A stretch of 64,000 bases of DNA from Gemmatimonadota bacterium (lineage in GTDB: Bacteria > Gemmatimonadota > Gemmatimonadetes > Gemmatimonadales > GWC2-71-9), in assembly GCA_036679605.1 (NCBI GenBank), contig JAZDCZ010000419.1:96001-160000 (forward strand). The letters run 5' to 3'. The translations under genes and the position numbers were made by a program. The notes under the pieces are model-generated. The model saw only the letters and a program-made list of their open reading frames with translations. It was not told the DNA's origin and did no database searches. The stretch's first letter is position 1. Every line of letters starts with the position of its first letter. Below are positions 20,009-29,195 of this stretch, one piece after another.

Positions 20009-20479
20009 ACCCCCATGCTAGAGTGCGAATGTGGTCGGCTGCCTAGAACTTGCAACGGATTGCGGGAGTCTGCTAGAGGGGGCAAGCGACGGATCCCAGG
20101 TGATTTCAGATTACGGATCGCCGATTGGCGATTGCGGAGCGGTCGTTCGGCAGCATCGGCGTAGACCGAATTGTCACACCCCCCACCTAGCTTCGACACG
20201 AGCAGAGAGTGCTCAGGTGAACACCACTCAGAATATGAGCGATAATTCAAATGGTCTATCGTACTCACGGTGCAGGTGACCGAGGAGAGATCAAATGCTC
20301 GAAGAACATCGGAGCAGTCCAAGAAATCGGGGGCAAATGTCCCAAGAACGACGTATGATGTCCCAAAAACGCCCTATCGTGGGGAAGGATCGGGGTGCAA
20401 GTTGTGGACTGATGCTTTGTCTACCGGCTCACGCCAAGTCAGATTCACCGTCAAGGAACAACTCTCACAGGAAAAGACA

Positions 20480-23128
20480 ATGGAAGGTGAACCGACGGGC
20501 TTCTGGGGAAAACTTGAACGGCACGATGGGGAAGTCACATGGCATCCTCTTGTAGATCACTGCGCGGACGTAGCGGCGTGCTTTGAGGCACTACTCAACC
20601 AGCCAGTGATTCGAAAACGGCTTGCAGGTCTCGGTGGCCTGGATGACCTGTCCAAGGGGCAGCGCGCTCGCTTGTGTTATCTGGCAGCGCTGCACGACCT
20701 GGGCAAGTACAATATCGGCTTTCAGAACAAGGCCTACTTGAAGAAGACACCTACTGCCGGTCATGTTGGAGAACCATCGGCCTTGTTCGGCTCCGGAGAC
20801 AAGATTGCCAGTCGCTTGGCAGATGCAATCCAGTTTTCCGAGCTATGCTCGTGGTGCACTGAGGCGGAGACCTTTGGAGAACTTCTGGTAGCCGCACTGG
20901 CCCATCATGGCAAACCTGTTGCGCTCGGCTCGCCGGTGCGCTCAGATATATGGCAAACAATGGGGGAACTCCAACCGTTCGAGGGTATCGCGGATCTGGC
21001 ATGCCAAGCGAGATGTTGGTTCCCAGACGCGTTCGGTGGATCCTTAGATCCATTGCCAGCGGATTCAGCTTTTCAACACGCTTTTAATGGATTCCTGACG
21101 TTGGCCGACTGGCTCGGATCCGACACCAAGATTTTTCCATTTTCAGAAGAGGCAGATCACGACCGATTCGCGTGGAGCCAAGAGCGAGCATGCCTGGCAT
21201 TATCCAGGATCGGACTCGATGCCACCGGTGCTCGTGCTTCCCTAGGTTCGGACCGGCCGGGCTTCGCTACAATCTCTGGCTTTGACCCGCGCGACGCACA
21301 GAGGTGTATTGCCAACCTGGATATCGACAAGGAAGGGAGCCTCACCATCCTCGAGGCAGAGACCGGTTCCGGCAAAACGGAGGCGGCTCTGGCCAGGTTC
21401 ATTACACTGTTCCACGCTGGCGTCGTGGACGGTCTCTATTTCGCCCTTCCGACACGAACCGCTGCAACCCAGATATTTGAGCGCGTTTACAAGGCGGTTG
21501 TGCGTGCCTTCCCCGACGAACAGATTCGGCCTCCAGTTATTCGGGCCGTTCCCGGCTACATAGCAGCGGATGACAAGAGAGCCGAACGGTTGCCGCACTT
21601 TGAGGTACTGTGGAACGATGATGAAGACGAGAGGTATCGGTACCGGGGATGGGCGGCCGAGGCACCCAAGCGATATCTAGCTGGCGCGGTAGTGGTTGGT
21701 ACTGTAGATCAGATTCTCCTGTCATCTTTGGCCGTATCACATGCACATCTTCGTGCATCGTCGCTCCTAAGGCAGCTGCTGGTTGTAGACGAGGTTCACG
21801 CATCCGACGCATACATGACGCGGATCTTGGAAGCTGTGCTGCAACATCATCTAGCTGCCGGCGGTCATGCGCTTCTCATGTCGGCGACGCTAGGCGCTGT
21901 AGCCCGATTACGATTGTCGGGTGAAGCTGCGTACGAACTACCGTCACTCGCTACAGCTTCTAGTACACTTTATCCACTTGTTACACACCGTCCTCTGAGC
22001 GAATCTATCCGGCAGATTCCCATTCAGGACAGCGGAACACCGAAGACGATACGTGTCGAGACGTCTCCGATTATGAGCTCACCGAGGAGTGTGGCCGAGA
22101 TGGCTCTCGATGCCGCACGCCAGGGCGCGCGCGTGATCGTCATTCGCAACACAGTTCGAGACTGTATCGCCACCCAGAAAGCGATTGAAGCAATTGGCCT
22201 GGGGTCCGACTCCCAGCTGCTATTCCGATGTGGGAAAATCTCGGCACCCCATCACGCCCGATTCGCCCGGAAAGACCGAATCGCACTGGATAAAGCGCTA
22301 AACGAACAGTTCCAGCCCAAAGCTCTGGACAAGCCCTGTGTTGTGATTGCCACCCAAACAGTTCAGCAAAGTCTGGATATCGACTCCGATTACATGATTA
22401 CAGACCTCTGTCCGATCGATGTTTGGCTACAGCGGTTGGGTCGGCTCCACCGGCATTCTGAACGTCAATGCACTCAAGGGTTCCAGACAGCTGCGGTCAC
22501 GGTTCTGGTACCCAAAGAGCGTGACCTGACACCGCTAATCAAACAGCACGGTTCGGCGTCTGGACCACACGGTCTCGGCACAGTGTACGACGATCTCCGC
22601 GTCCTTGAAGCTAGTTGGCGAATCCTTGAGTATTCGCAAGAGGTGGAGCTTCCCACAATGAACCGGCAACTGGTCGAACAGGCAACCCATCCAGAGGCTT
22701 TGGCCACGATTGTGGCTGAGCTGGGAGATGAGTGGCACAAACATTATCAGCACCGGTCCGGTGTGACTCACGCCGAGCAGGGTCTTGCAAGGCTGAACCT
22801 AGTAAACCGAGAGGTTCCTTTCACTCACAAGGACTGCCTTTTCCCGTCTGGTGACCTGTCGCGCGCTATCAAGACCCGCTTGGGAGTTGACGATCGATTG
22901 GTACGCTTCAGCCATGAGCTGCCTGGGCCTTTTGGAAACGGAATTCGGGAGCTATCCCTGCCGGGACACATGGTGTATCAGGCAGAGCCGAACGAGGAGC
23001 CGAGGAAGATCGAGTCCGAATACAACGAAATCATGTTCACGTTCGGTCGCGTCCGATATCGTTACGACCACCTGGGTCTTCGGAAACTCGATAAACACAG
23101 GTCTACTGAGGAACGCGCAGATGACTGA
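20480..23128 (+). CDS. cas3: CRISPR-associated helicase/nuclease Cas3
   Basis: HD domain (DHCADV, LHDLGK, ADWLGS), Walker A AETGSGKT, DEVH, MSAT, QRLGRLHRH; ATG at 20480. Confidence 0.95.
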   Translation: MEGEPTGFWGKLERHDGEVTWHPLVDHCADVAACFEALLNQPVIRKRLAGLGGLDDLSKGQRARLCYLAALHDLGKYNIGFQNKAYLKKTPTAGHVGEPSALFGSGDKIASRLADAIQFSELCSWCTEAETFGELLVAALAHHGKPVALGSPVRSDIWQTMGELQPFEGIADLACQARCWFPDAFGGSLDPLPADSAFQHAFNGFLTLADWLGSDTKIFPFSEEADHDRFAWSQERACLALSRIGLDATGARASLGSDRPGFATISGFDPRDAQRCIANLDIDKEGSLTILEAETGSGKTEAALARFITLFHAGVVDGLYFALPTRTAATQIFERVYKAVVRAFPDEQIRPPVIRAVPGYIAADDKRAERLPHFEVLWNDDEDERYRYRGWAAEAPKRYLAGAVVVGTVDQILLSSLAVSHAHLRASSLLRQLLVVDEVHASDAYMTRILEAVLQHHLAAGGHALLMSATLGAVARLRLSGEAAYELPSLATASSTLYPLVTHRPLSESIRQIPIQDSGTPKTIRVETSPIMSSPRSVAEMALDAARQGARVIVIRNTVRDCIATQKAIEAIGLGSDSQLLFRCGKISAPHHARFARKDRIALDKALNEQFQPKALDKPCVVIATQTVQQSLDIDSDYMITDLCPIDVWLQRLGRLHRHSERQCTQGFQTAAVTVLVPKERDLTPLIKQHGSASGPHGLGTVYDDLRVLEASWRILEYSQEVELPTMNRQLVEQATHPEALATIVAELGDEWHKHYQHRSGVTHAEQGLARLNLVNREVPFTHKDCLFPSGDLSRAIKTRLGVDDRLVRFSHELPGPFGNGIRELSLPGHMVYQAEPNEEPRKIESEYNEIMFTFGRVRYRYDHLGLRKLDKHRSTEERADD

Positions 23129-24671
23129 AATGCTTCACGATCTATTAAGCGAACCGTCGATAGGTGTGGGGTACAGCGGCGGACGCGAGGCACAGCTAAC
23201 CCTTCCACAAGTGCTGTCCGGTATGGCTAACGATGATGTGCAGTCGTTTACCTCACTGCAGGTCCATCAGACGCATGCGTGGCACGCATTCCTCTGCCAG
23301 TTGGCTGCAATCGTGCTACATCAATCGGGTACAGGAAAGCCGCCGTTGGACACTGACTGGTGGACAGAGCAACTGATTGCGGCAGCAAACGGAGAACGAT
23401 CTGCGTGGTGTTTGGTGGTAAAAGATCTATCAAAGCCTGCGTTCCTACAGCCGCCTGTCCCGGAGGATACGCTGGACAGATTCAACCAGGTCGGTCGTTT
23501 CCCAGATTTGCTCGATGTCCTGATCACCACCAAGAACCACGACGTCAAGGCGCGACGTATCCGCAATGCTAGGCCCGAACACTGGTTGTACGCATTAGTG
23601 TCCCTCCAGACTATGCAAGGCGTCCTCGGGCGGAACAACTACGGCATCGCCCGAATGAATCAAGGATTCGGTAGTCGGCCGTGCGTATCATTCGCCGCTA
23701 GTTTGTCGCGGAGCCACAGGTTTCTACGTGATGTCGCCGTACTTCTCGAGATTCGAGAACAATTGGTTCGCGAGCACGGGTACAAGGTGTCCGGAGGTCT
23801 GGCATTGGTTTGGCTCCACGAATGGGATGGTCTCGATTCGTTGGACATCGGTCGACTCGATCCCTTCTTCATCGAGGTCTGCCGACGCATTCGACTGACG
23901 AACGAGCGTCGATTCACGGCCTTTAAGGCACCAAGCAAGGTACCACGGATCGCCGCTAAGGAACTGAAGGGTGATACCGGTGACCCGTGGACGCCGATCA
24001 GCAAGGATAAGGGAGCAGCACTGACGGTTAGCGGCACCGGCTTTTCCTACAAGCTCACACACCAACTAATTGTTGGCTCAGATTACCGGATGGGACCTAC
24101 CGCCGACCTTCGGCCGGAAGATGGCAATGCCCCGATCTTCCTGGCGTGCACCCTGGTACGTGGCCGGGGAGAAACGGATGGATGGCACGAGCGTATCATT
24201 CCTATACCGCCCAAGGTTCGGCCGCTGCTAGGAGTGGGAAGTGAGCCGAGGAATCGGTTGGCTGACCTGGCGCGGTGGCGGGTGGAACAGACGGCCGCAG
24301 CCGAGCGATATGTGCTCAAGCCTGCACTGTGTGTGCTACTTCAGGGTGGTCCGGATTCGATCGATTTCCGAGACGAACGCCCTCGGGCTTGGCTGGACGG
24401 TTTCGATCGCGCAGTTGATGAGCGGTTCTTCGACTGCCTATGGGAAGATGCCGACCTGGACACGCAGGAAGCGCACCGACGCTGGGAACGAGTGATTCTG
24501 GATCTGGCCGAGCGCCAACTGAAGGGCGCTATGCAATCAGTACCGTTGCCGTCAGTGAGACGGTACCGAGCCTTGAGCGCCGCGGAGCGTATGTTCCGCG
24601 GCGCACGCAGTAAGCGGTTTCCGGAATGGCGACCCTATCAACTCGAAGACAGAAGGTCGGAACATGACTGA
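23121..24671 (+). CDS. cas8e: Type I-E Cascade large subunit Cas8e/Cse1 (divergent)
   Basis: Position after cas3; HDLLSEPSI, PAFLQPP, EVCRRIRL, DPWTP motifs; about 516 aa from ATG at 23121. Confidence 0.8.
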   Translation: MTEMLHDLLSEPSIGVGYSGGREAQLTLPQVLSGMANDDVQSFTSLQVHQTHAWHAFLCQLAAIVLHQSGTGKPPLDTDWWTEQLIAAANGERSAWCLVVKDLSKPAFLQPPVPEDTLDRFNQVGRFPDLLDVLITTKNHDVKARRIRNARPEHWLYALVSLQTMQGVLGRNNYGIARMNQGFGSRPCVSFAASLSRSHRFLRDVAVLLEIREQLVREHGYKVSGGLALVWLHEWDGLDSLDIGRLDPFFIEVCRRIRLTNERRFTAFKAPSKVPRIAAKELKGDTGDPWTPISKDKGAALTVSGTGFSYKLTHQLIVGSDYRMGPTADLRPEDGNAPIFLACTLVRGRGETDGWHERIIPIPPKVRPLLGVGSEPRNRLADLARWRVEQTAAAERYVLKPALCVLLQGGPDSIDFRDERPRAWLDGFDRAVDERFFDCLWEDADLDTQEAHRRWERVILDLAERQLKGAMQSVPLPSVRRYRALSAAERMFRGARSKRFPEWRPYQLEDRRSEHD

Positions 24672-25197
24672 TCAAGTGATGAGCGTCTCCCAGGCGACAG
24701 ACGAACCGCCACACTCGAAAACGTCGATCATGAGCATCGTAAATCGAATCGCCGGTGCATTTGGGCGGGACATAGGTAGTGGCGATATAGCGATGTTACG
24801 ACGAATGGACCTCGATGACCTCGGGGCGTCGGCATTCTGGCGGATCATTTCCACGTATGTCCCTGCCGACACGTTACCAAATCATGATCCTTTGCTCGCC
24901 GAAACTGAACGGAAGTGGGCCATCGTTCTGAACGCACTGGCGATTTTGGCTGGCTTGCACCAACACAATGTGTCTCTGGGCGCTGCGTTGGCCCACGCCG
25001 GGTTTTCAGAGCTGAGATTTGTAAGGTTACTGCGGGCACGTGATGCTACGCTTGGAAGTCACGTTCGGTCTGCTGCATCGTACCTCGCATCCAAAGGACA
25101 GAGCGCCGATTGTGCAGATCTGGCACTTCTCGTGTTCAGCGACGCCGAGCCTGTAAGGCGTAAGCTCGCGCGCGATTACTACTATAACGGTGACTGA
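24664..25197 (+). CDS. cse2: Type I-E Cascade small subunit Cas11/Cse2
   Basis: GDIAMLRR, SELRFVRLLRA, RKLARDYY; position in operon. Confidence 0.85.
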   Translation: MTDQVMSVSQATDEPPHSKTSIMSIVNRIAGAFGRDIGSGDIAMLRRMDLDDLGASAFWRIISTYVPADTLPNHDPLLAETERKWAIVLNALAILAGLHQHNVSLGAALAHAGFSELRFVRLLRARDATLGSHVRSAASYLASKGQSADCADLALLVFSDAEPVRRKLARDYYYNGD

Positions 25198-25229
25198 TGA
25201 TCCAGAACCTCCAGTGGAGAACGTGAACC

Positions 25230-26438
25230 ATGGGTGCAAGATTCTTGCAGTTTCATTTCCTTACTTCCTACCCGTCAGCTCTCTTGAACCGGGACGACGC
25301 TGGCTTTGCCAAACGCATACCGTTCGGAGGTGTTACACGGACGCGCATTTCGTCCCAGTGTTTGAAGCGTCACTGGAGAACCTTCGACGGCGAGCACTCG
25401 CTCAGTAAGCTTGAGGCTCCCCAGACCATCAGATCGCGCCTTACATTCGACCGGTTCATTCTTGGTCCTCTCAAGGACGACGGCGTTGATGGCGAACTGG
25501 CTCGAGCGGTGACCGAGGCGCTGATGGTGGAAGTGCTAGGACAAAGCGCGAAGGCCAAGAAAGCCAAGAAGAAAAAGGAAGAGGAAGACAGCAGCAACGA
25601 TAGTGACCTACAAACCGGCCAGATCACCGTGCTTGGCCGACCTGAGATCGACTACCTCCTCAGCGAAGCTGGAAGAATATGCAAGGATCTATCCGACCCG
25701 AAGAAGGCAGAGAAAGCCGTGAAGGGAACCTTCGATCGAGACGGCTTGAAGAACTTGGCCAGGCTTAGTGCCGGGCTCGGAGTCGCACTATTCGGGCGGA
25801 TGGTGACCAGCGACATACTGGCGCGGGGTGATGCTGCAATGCATGTGGCCCATGCTTTCACTGTCCATGCCGAATCAGCGGAGAGCGATTACTTCTCCGC
25901 CGTGGACGACCTGCTCCAAGAAGGGGATGACGAAAAACTGGGCAGTGGCCACATCGGATCCACCGAACTGACCAGCGGACTCTACTATGGCTATGTGGTG
26001 ATCGATGTGCCGCTCCTGATATCCAACCTCGAGGGTTGCGAGCAGGAGGACTGGGAGAGCGCGGATCGTGATCTAGCTGCGCAGGTAGTGGAGCGTGTCC
26101 CCTACCTTATCGCGACTGTCTCTCCGGGCGCCAAGCTGGGATCGACCGCGCCGTACGCCTACGCACATTTCGTGTTGGGAGAGGCCGGATCCGCCCAACC
26201 GAGGACTCTAGCCAACGCCTTCCTCGAACCAGTTCGCGAACGGCCGAACCTGCTAGCCAACACTTACCTGTCACTGACGAACCACCTCAGCAGCCTCGAT
26301 ACCATGTACCGGAATGGCGTGTCACGGATGCTCTCGGCACAAAACACAGACGAAGATCTCTGCGCTGCGGTAGGCGTCGAACAGGCCGTGTCTCTGCCGG
26401 ATTTGGCACGATGGGCGGCCGACATGGTTCGGGAGTGA
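25230..26438 (+). CDS. cas7: Type I-E Cascade backbone Cas7/Cse4
   Basis: LLNRDDAGFAKRIPFGGVTRTRISSQCLKRHWR, ALFGRM, DYFSAVDD. Confidence 0.95.
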   Translation: MGARFLQFHFLTSYPSALLNRDDAGFAKRIPFGGVTRTRISSQCLKRHWRTFDGEHSLSKLEAPQTIRSRLTFDRFILGPLKDDGVDGELARAVTEALMVEVLGQSAKAKKAKKKKEEEDSSNDSDLQTGQITVLGRPEIDYLLSEAGRICKDLSDPKKAEKAVKGTFDRDGLKNLARLSAGLGVALFGRMVTSDILARGDAAMHVAHAFTVHAESAESDYFSAVDDLLQEGDDEKLGSGHIGSTELTSGLYYGYVVIDVPLLISNLEGCEQEDWESADRDLAAQVVERVPYLIATVSPGAKLGSTAPYAYAHFVLGEAGSAQPRTLANAFLEPVRERPNLLANTYLSLTNHLSSLDTMYRNGVSRMLSAQNTDEDLCAAVGVEQAVSLPDLARWAADMVRE

Positions 26439-26441
26439 CTC

Positions 26442-27194
26442 ATGTTGGATATCCTGGTTCTAAGATTTGATGCTCCGATCTTCAGTTTGGGCGGTCCTAT
26501 AGTTGATAGGAACAACATCACTCGGGAGTTCCCATCTGCATCTGCCATGACCGGCTTGATCGGAAACGCTCTTGGGTATCACCATCGTGACGCAGATTCA
26601 CTTCAGGATCTACAACGAAGACTGCGTTACGCAGCTCGTTCCGACTGCCCTGGCCAGCTAATAGTGGACTACCAAATAGTAGATTTGGGACAATCCTTGA
26701 TGTGCCAAGGAGGATGGACCACATATCGCGTGTTGGAGAAGCGCTCAGGCGGACGTGCCAAGACAGACACGCATCCCAGATATCGGTGGTACCGCGCCGA
26801 TAGCGTTATGACAGTTGCGCTGACGTTGAGAGACACTGGCGCTTCACCAACTACCGACGAAGTTGAACAGGCACTGAAACAACCGGCTCGGCCCTTGTTC
26901 ATCGGCCGAAAGTGCTGCATACCGAGTGGGCCATTGCTTTTTGGTCGCATTCACGCGAAGTCTCTGCTAGCCGCATTACAAGGGACCCCCCTTGCTCACC
27001 GTCCAGGTTACACCAGACAAGCTACAGTCCAGGCATGGTGGCCAGCCGACAAGGATGACCCAATCCAAGATCACCGCATGATGGTAGTCACCGATGAAAG
27101 AGACTGGAAGAATCAGATTCATGCTGGCCAGCGCAACATTCGACATGGCAAGATCCGGGTTTCAGTGGGGGACACTAACGATGACGCAGAATAA
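26442..27194 (+). CDS. cas5: Type I-E Cas5e
   Basis: LVLRFDAPIFSLG, FPSASAMTGLIGNALG, ALKQPARPLFIGRKCCIPS. Confidence 0.92.
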   Translation: MLDILVLRFDAPIFSLGGPIVDRNNITREFPSASAMTGLIGNALGYHHRDADSLQDLQRRLRYAARSDCPGQLIVDYQIVDLGQSLMCQGGWTTYRVLEKRSGGRAKTDTHPRYRWYRADSVMTVALTLRDTGASPTTDEVEQALKQPARPLFIGRKCCIPSGPLLFGRIHAKSLLAALQGTPLAHRPGYTRQATVQAWWPADKDDPIQDHRMMVVTDERDWKNQIHAGQRNIRHGKIRVSVGDTNDDAE

Positions 27195-27927
27195 GCAGCT
27201 GTACATGGTACGCCTCGGCCTAGACATGCGCAGCTTGGTAAAGACAGGCCGGCAAATGCGATTGCCGCTTCACGGTGTCGATGACGGTTACCTCGTCCAT
27301 TGTCAACTAGGTCAGTTGTTCGGCAATGATGCTCCGAAGCCCTTCTCCCTGGGACATGTCCGAAGACGCTGGCTAGACGTAACTGCTTACACAAGCCGTG
27401 ATGTCAAGGACTTAAGCGTACACGCTGACAGCTTTGCAGATCCATACATACACTCGTCTTGTGACTGGGACGTGTTCGCACAAAAGCGGATGCCGATGTC
27501 TTGGAACGAGGGATCGCAGTATCGGTTCGAGGTAAGGATCTGCCCCGTTGTCCGAGCGAATTCTGATAGCCCATGCTACAAACGAGGTTCAGAAATAGAT
27601 GCTTACTTAGCTCAATGTAACACCACGGCCGAGGCATGTCCGGACTCCCGATCTGCAGTGTATATCCACTGGTTGGAGGAACAGTTCCAACGCAGAGAGG
27701 GTGCGCAAATCGAGGCATGTCGGATGACAGGTTTTCGACTGATTCGAATCGCTCGGCGCGCGCAACGGAACGGTCGGCGGGCCTCCGTTCGACAACGTCC
27801 CGACGTAAGGGTGGAGGGCATGCTTACTGTTACCGACGGTGGCAAATTCACCGAACTCTTACGGCGTGGTGTAGGTCGACATCGAGCGTTCGGATTTGGC
27901 ATGCTGCTCCTCATACCCATTGGCTAA
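27181..27927 (+). CDS. cas6e: Type I-E Cas6e/Cse3 crRNA endoribonuclease
   Basis: C-terminal G-rich loop GVGRHRAFGFGMLLL, EGMLTVTD. Confidence 0.9.
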   Translation: MTQNKQLYMVRLGLDMRSLVKTGRQMRLPLHGVDDGYLVHCQLGQLFGNDAPKPFSLGHVRRRWLDVTAYTSRDVKDLSVHADSFADPYIHSSCDWDVFAQKRMPMSWNEGSQYRFEVRICPVVRANSDSPCYKRGSEIDAYLAQCNTTAEACPDSRSAVYIHWLEEQFQRREGAQIEACRMTGFRLIRIARRAQRNGRRASVRQRPDVRVEGMLTVTDGGKFTELLRRGVGRHRAFGFGMLLLIPIG

Positions 27928-28815
27928 TTGGTACTCAAGGGCCGTCTAGGACTTGAGACTGCACGGATCCCGCACGGGGACCGGCACGGTCTGTTGTGGC
28001 TGGGACGAGGCAAACTCTTTGTTGAGGATGGGACCCTGCGATTTACGACGACAGGGGCTGGAGATCTTGATGCTGGTGACTATGCGATTCCGTACCAGAT
28101 GCTTTCATGCATTCTCATTGGGCCGGGTACAACAGTTAGTCACGACGCATTGCGGATTCTCGCTCGCCATAGTACGGGCTTGATCGTTGTCGGGCAGGAC
28201 GGCGTCCGATTTTATGCCAGCATGCCGTCTGGCCCGGACCACTCGGCTCTCGCACGCAAGCAGGTAGCTGCTTGGGCAAGCGCAGATGGTACCCGCCTCG
28301 ATGTCGCTCGACGCATGTATGCTTGGCGGTTGGGAGAGGTCCTCCAGCATTCGGAGATTAGCGTGTTGCGCGGGATCGAAGGAGCGAGAATGAAGGAAAC
28401 CTATCGCCGCTTGGCTGAGGAGTATGAAGTAGATTGGTCTGGGAGGCGCTACGACCGCAGTAACCCAATGTCGACTGACCTTCCAAACCAAGCCATCAAT
28501 CATGCAGCGACTGCAGTCCAGGCTGCTGCGATGGTCGCCGTAGCGACCGTTGGCGCGGTGCCGCAATTGGGGTTTATCCACGAGGATTCCGGTATCGCGT
28601 TCTGTCTCGACATAGCTGACCTGCATCGGGACTCCGTCACGTTGCCGGTGGCTTTTGGCGGGGTGCGTCACTGTCTACGCCGGCCGACAGATTCTGTAGA
28701 GGGAGTAGTGAGACGGCTTGCCGGCAAGACTTTCCGAAAGGTACAACTAATTCCCAAGATGATCGATCAGATCAAAGCATTGTTTGAGACCAATGACGGT
28801 ACTGGTAACAGTTGA
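27928..28815 (+). CDS. cas1: Type I-E Cas1
   Basis: GPGTTVSHDA, LRGIEGARMK, LGFIHE, DIADL. Confidence 0.95.
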   Translation: MVLKGRLGLETARIPHGDRHGLLWLGRGKLFVEDGTLRFTTTGAGDLDAGDYAIPYQMLSCILIGPGTTVSHDALRILARHSTGLIVVGQDGVRFYASMPSGPDHSALARKQVAAWASADGTRLDVARRMYAWRLGEVLQHSEISVLRGIEGARMKETYRRLAEEYEVDWSGRRYDRSNPMSTDLPNQAINHAATAVQAAAMVAVATVGAVPQLGFIHEDSGIAFCLDIADLHRDSVTLPVAFGGVRHCLRRPTDSVEGVVRRLAGKTFRKVQLIPKMIDQIKALFETNDGTGNS

Positions 28816-29116
28816 CGTCGCCGCGCGCTTCCGCGGATTCCTGGCGTCGTGCATGTTAGAGATCGCACCAGGCGTTTATACGTCGCCACGAATGACGAAA
28901 GCTGTACGCGAGCGCGTCTGGTCTGTGCTCGAGGACTGGTTCAGCGAACTCGGCGGGGGCGGGATCGTCATGACCTGGCGAGAACCGGCGCTCGCAGGCG
29001 GTCAGGGAATTGCCACGCTCGGTGTGCCGCCCCGTGAACTGCACAAGGCAGGCGGAATCTTCTTGGCCCGGCGCAATACTGACGGCGAGACGGAGGAGAC
29101 GGTGGAGGTAGATTAA
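28793..29116 (+). CDS. cas2: Type I-E Cas2, no DnaQ fusion
   Basis: RFRGFLASCMLEIAPGVY...VRERVW. Confidence 0.92.
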   Translation: MTVLVTVDVAARFRGFLASCMLEIAPGVYTSPRMTKAVRERVWSVLEDWFSELGGGGIVMTWREPALAGGQGIATLGVPPRELHKAGGIFLARRNTDGETEETVEVD

Positions 29117-29195
29117 ATACGCTCTTTGACAATTGATGTATACTGGATGAATGAGTTCGGCTCGGCACTCCAACCCTCTTGCAAAGTGCAAGAGG
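29117..29195 (+). promoter_or_regulatory. CRISPR leader (short, 79 nt)
   Basis: Relatively AT-rich segment between the cas2 stop and the first repeat. Confidence 0.7.

Noticed and set aside
20270..20479. 70-aa N-terminal extension of Cas3 (and similar ORF-track extensions of Cas8e, the ECF sigma factor, the AAA ATPase and YggU)
   Set aside because: Recognisable family sequence begins at downstream ATGs; the extensions overlap regulatory DNA or upstream genes.
29126..29144. TTGACA and TATACT in the CRISPR leader as a sigma70 promoter pair
   Set aside because: The spacing is only 7 nt, so they cannot act together.
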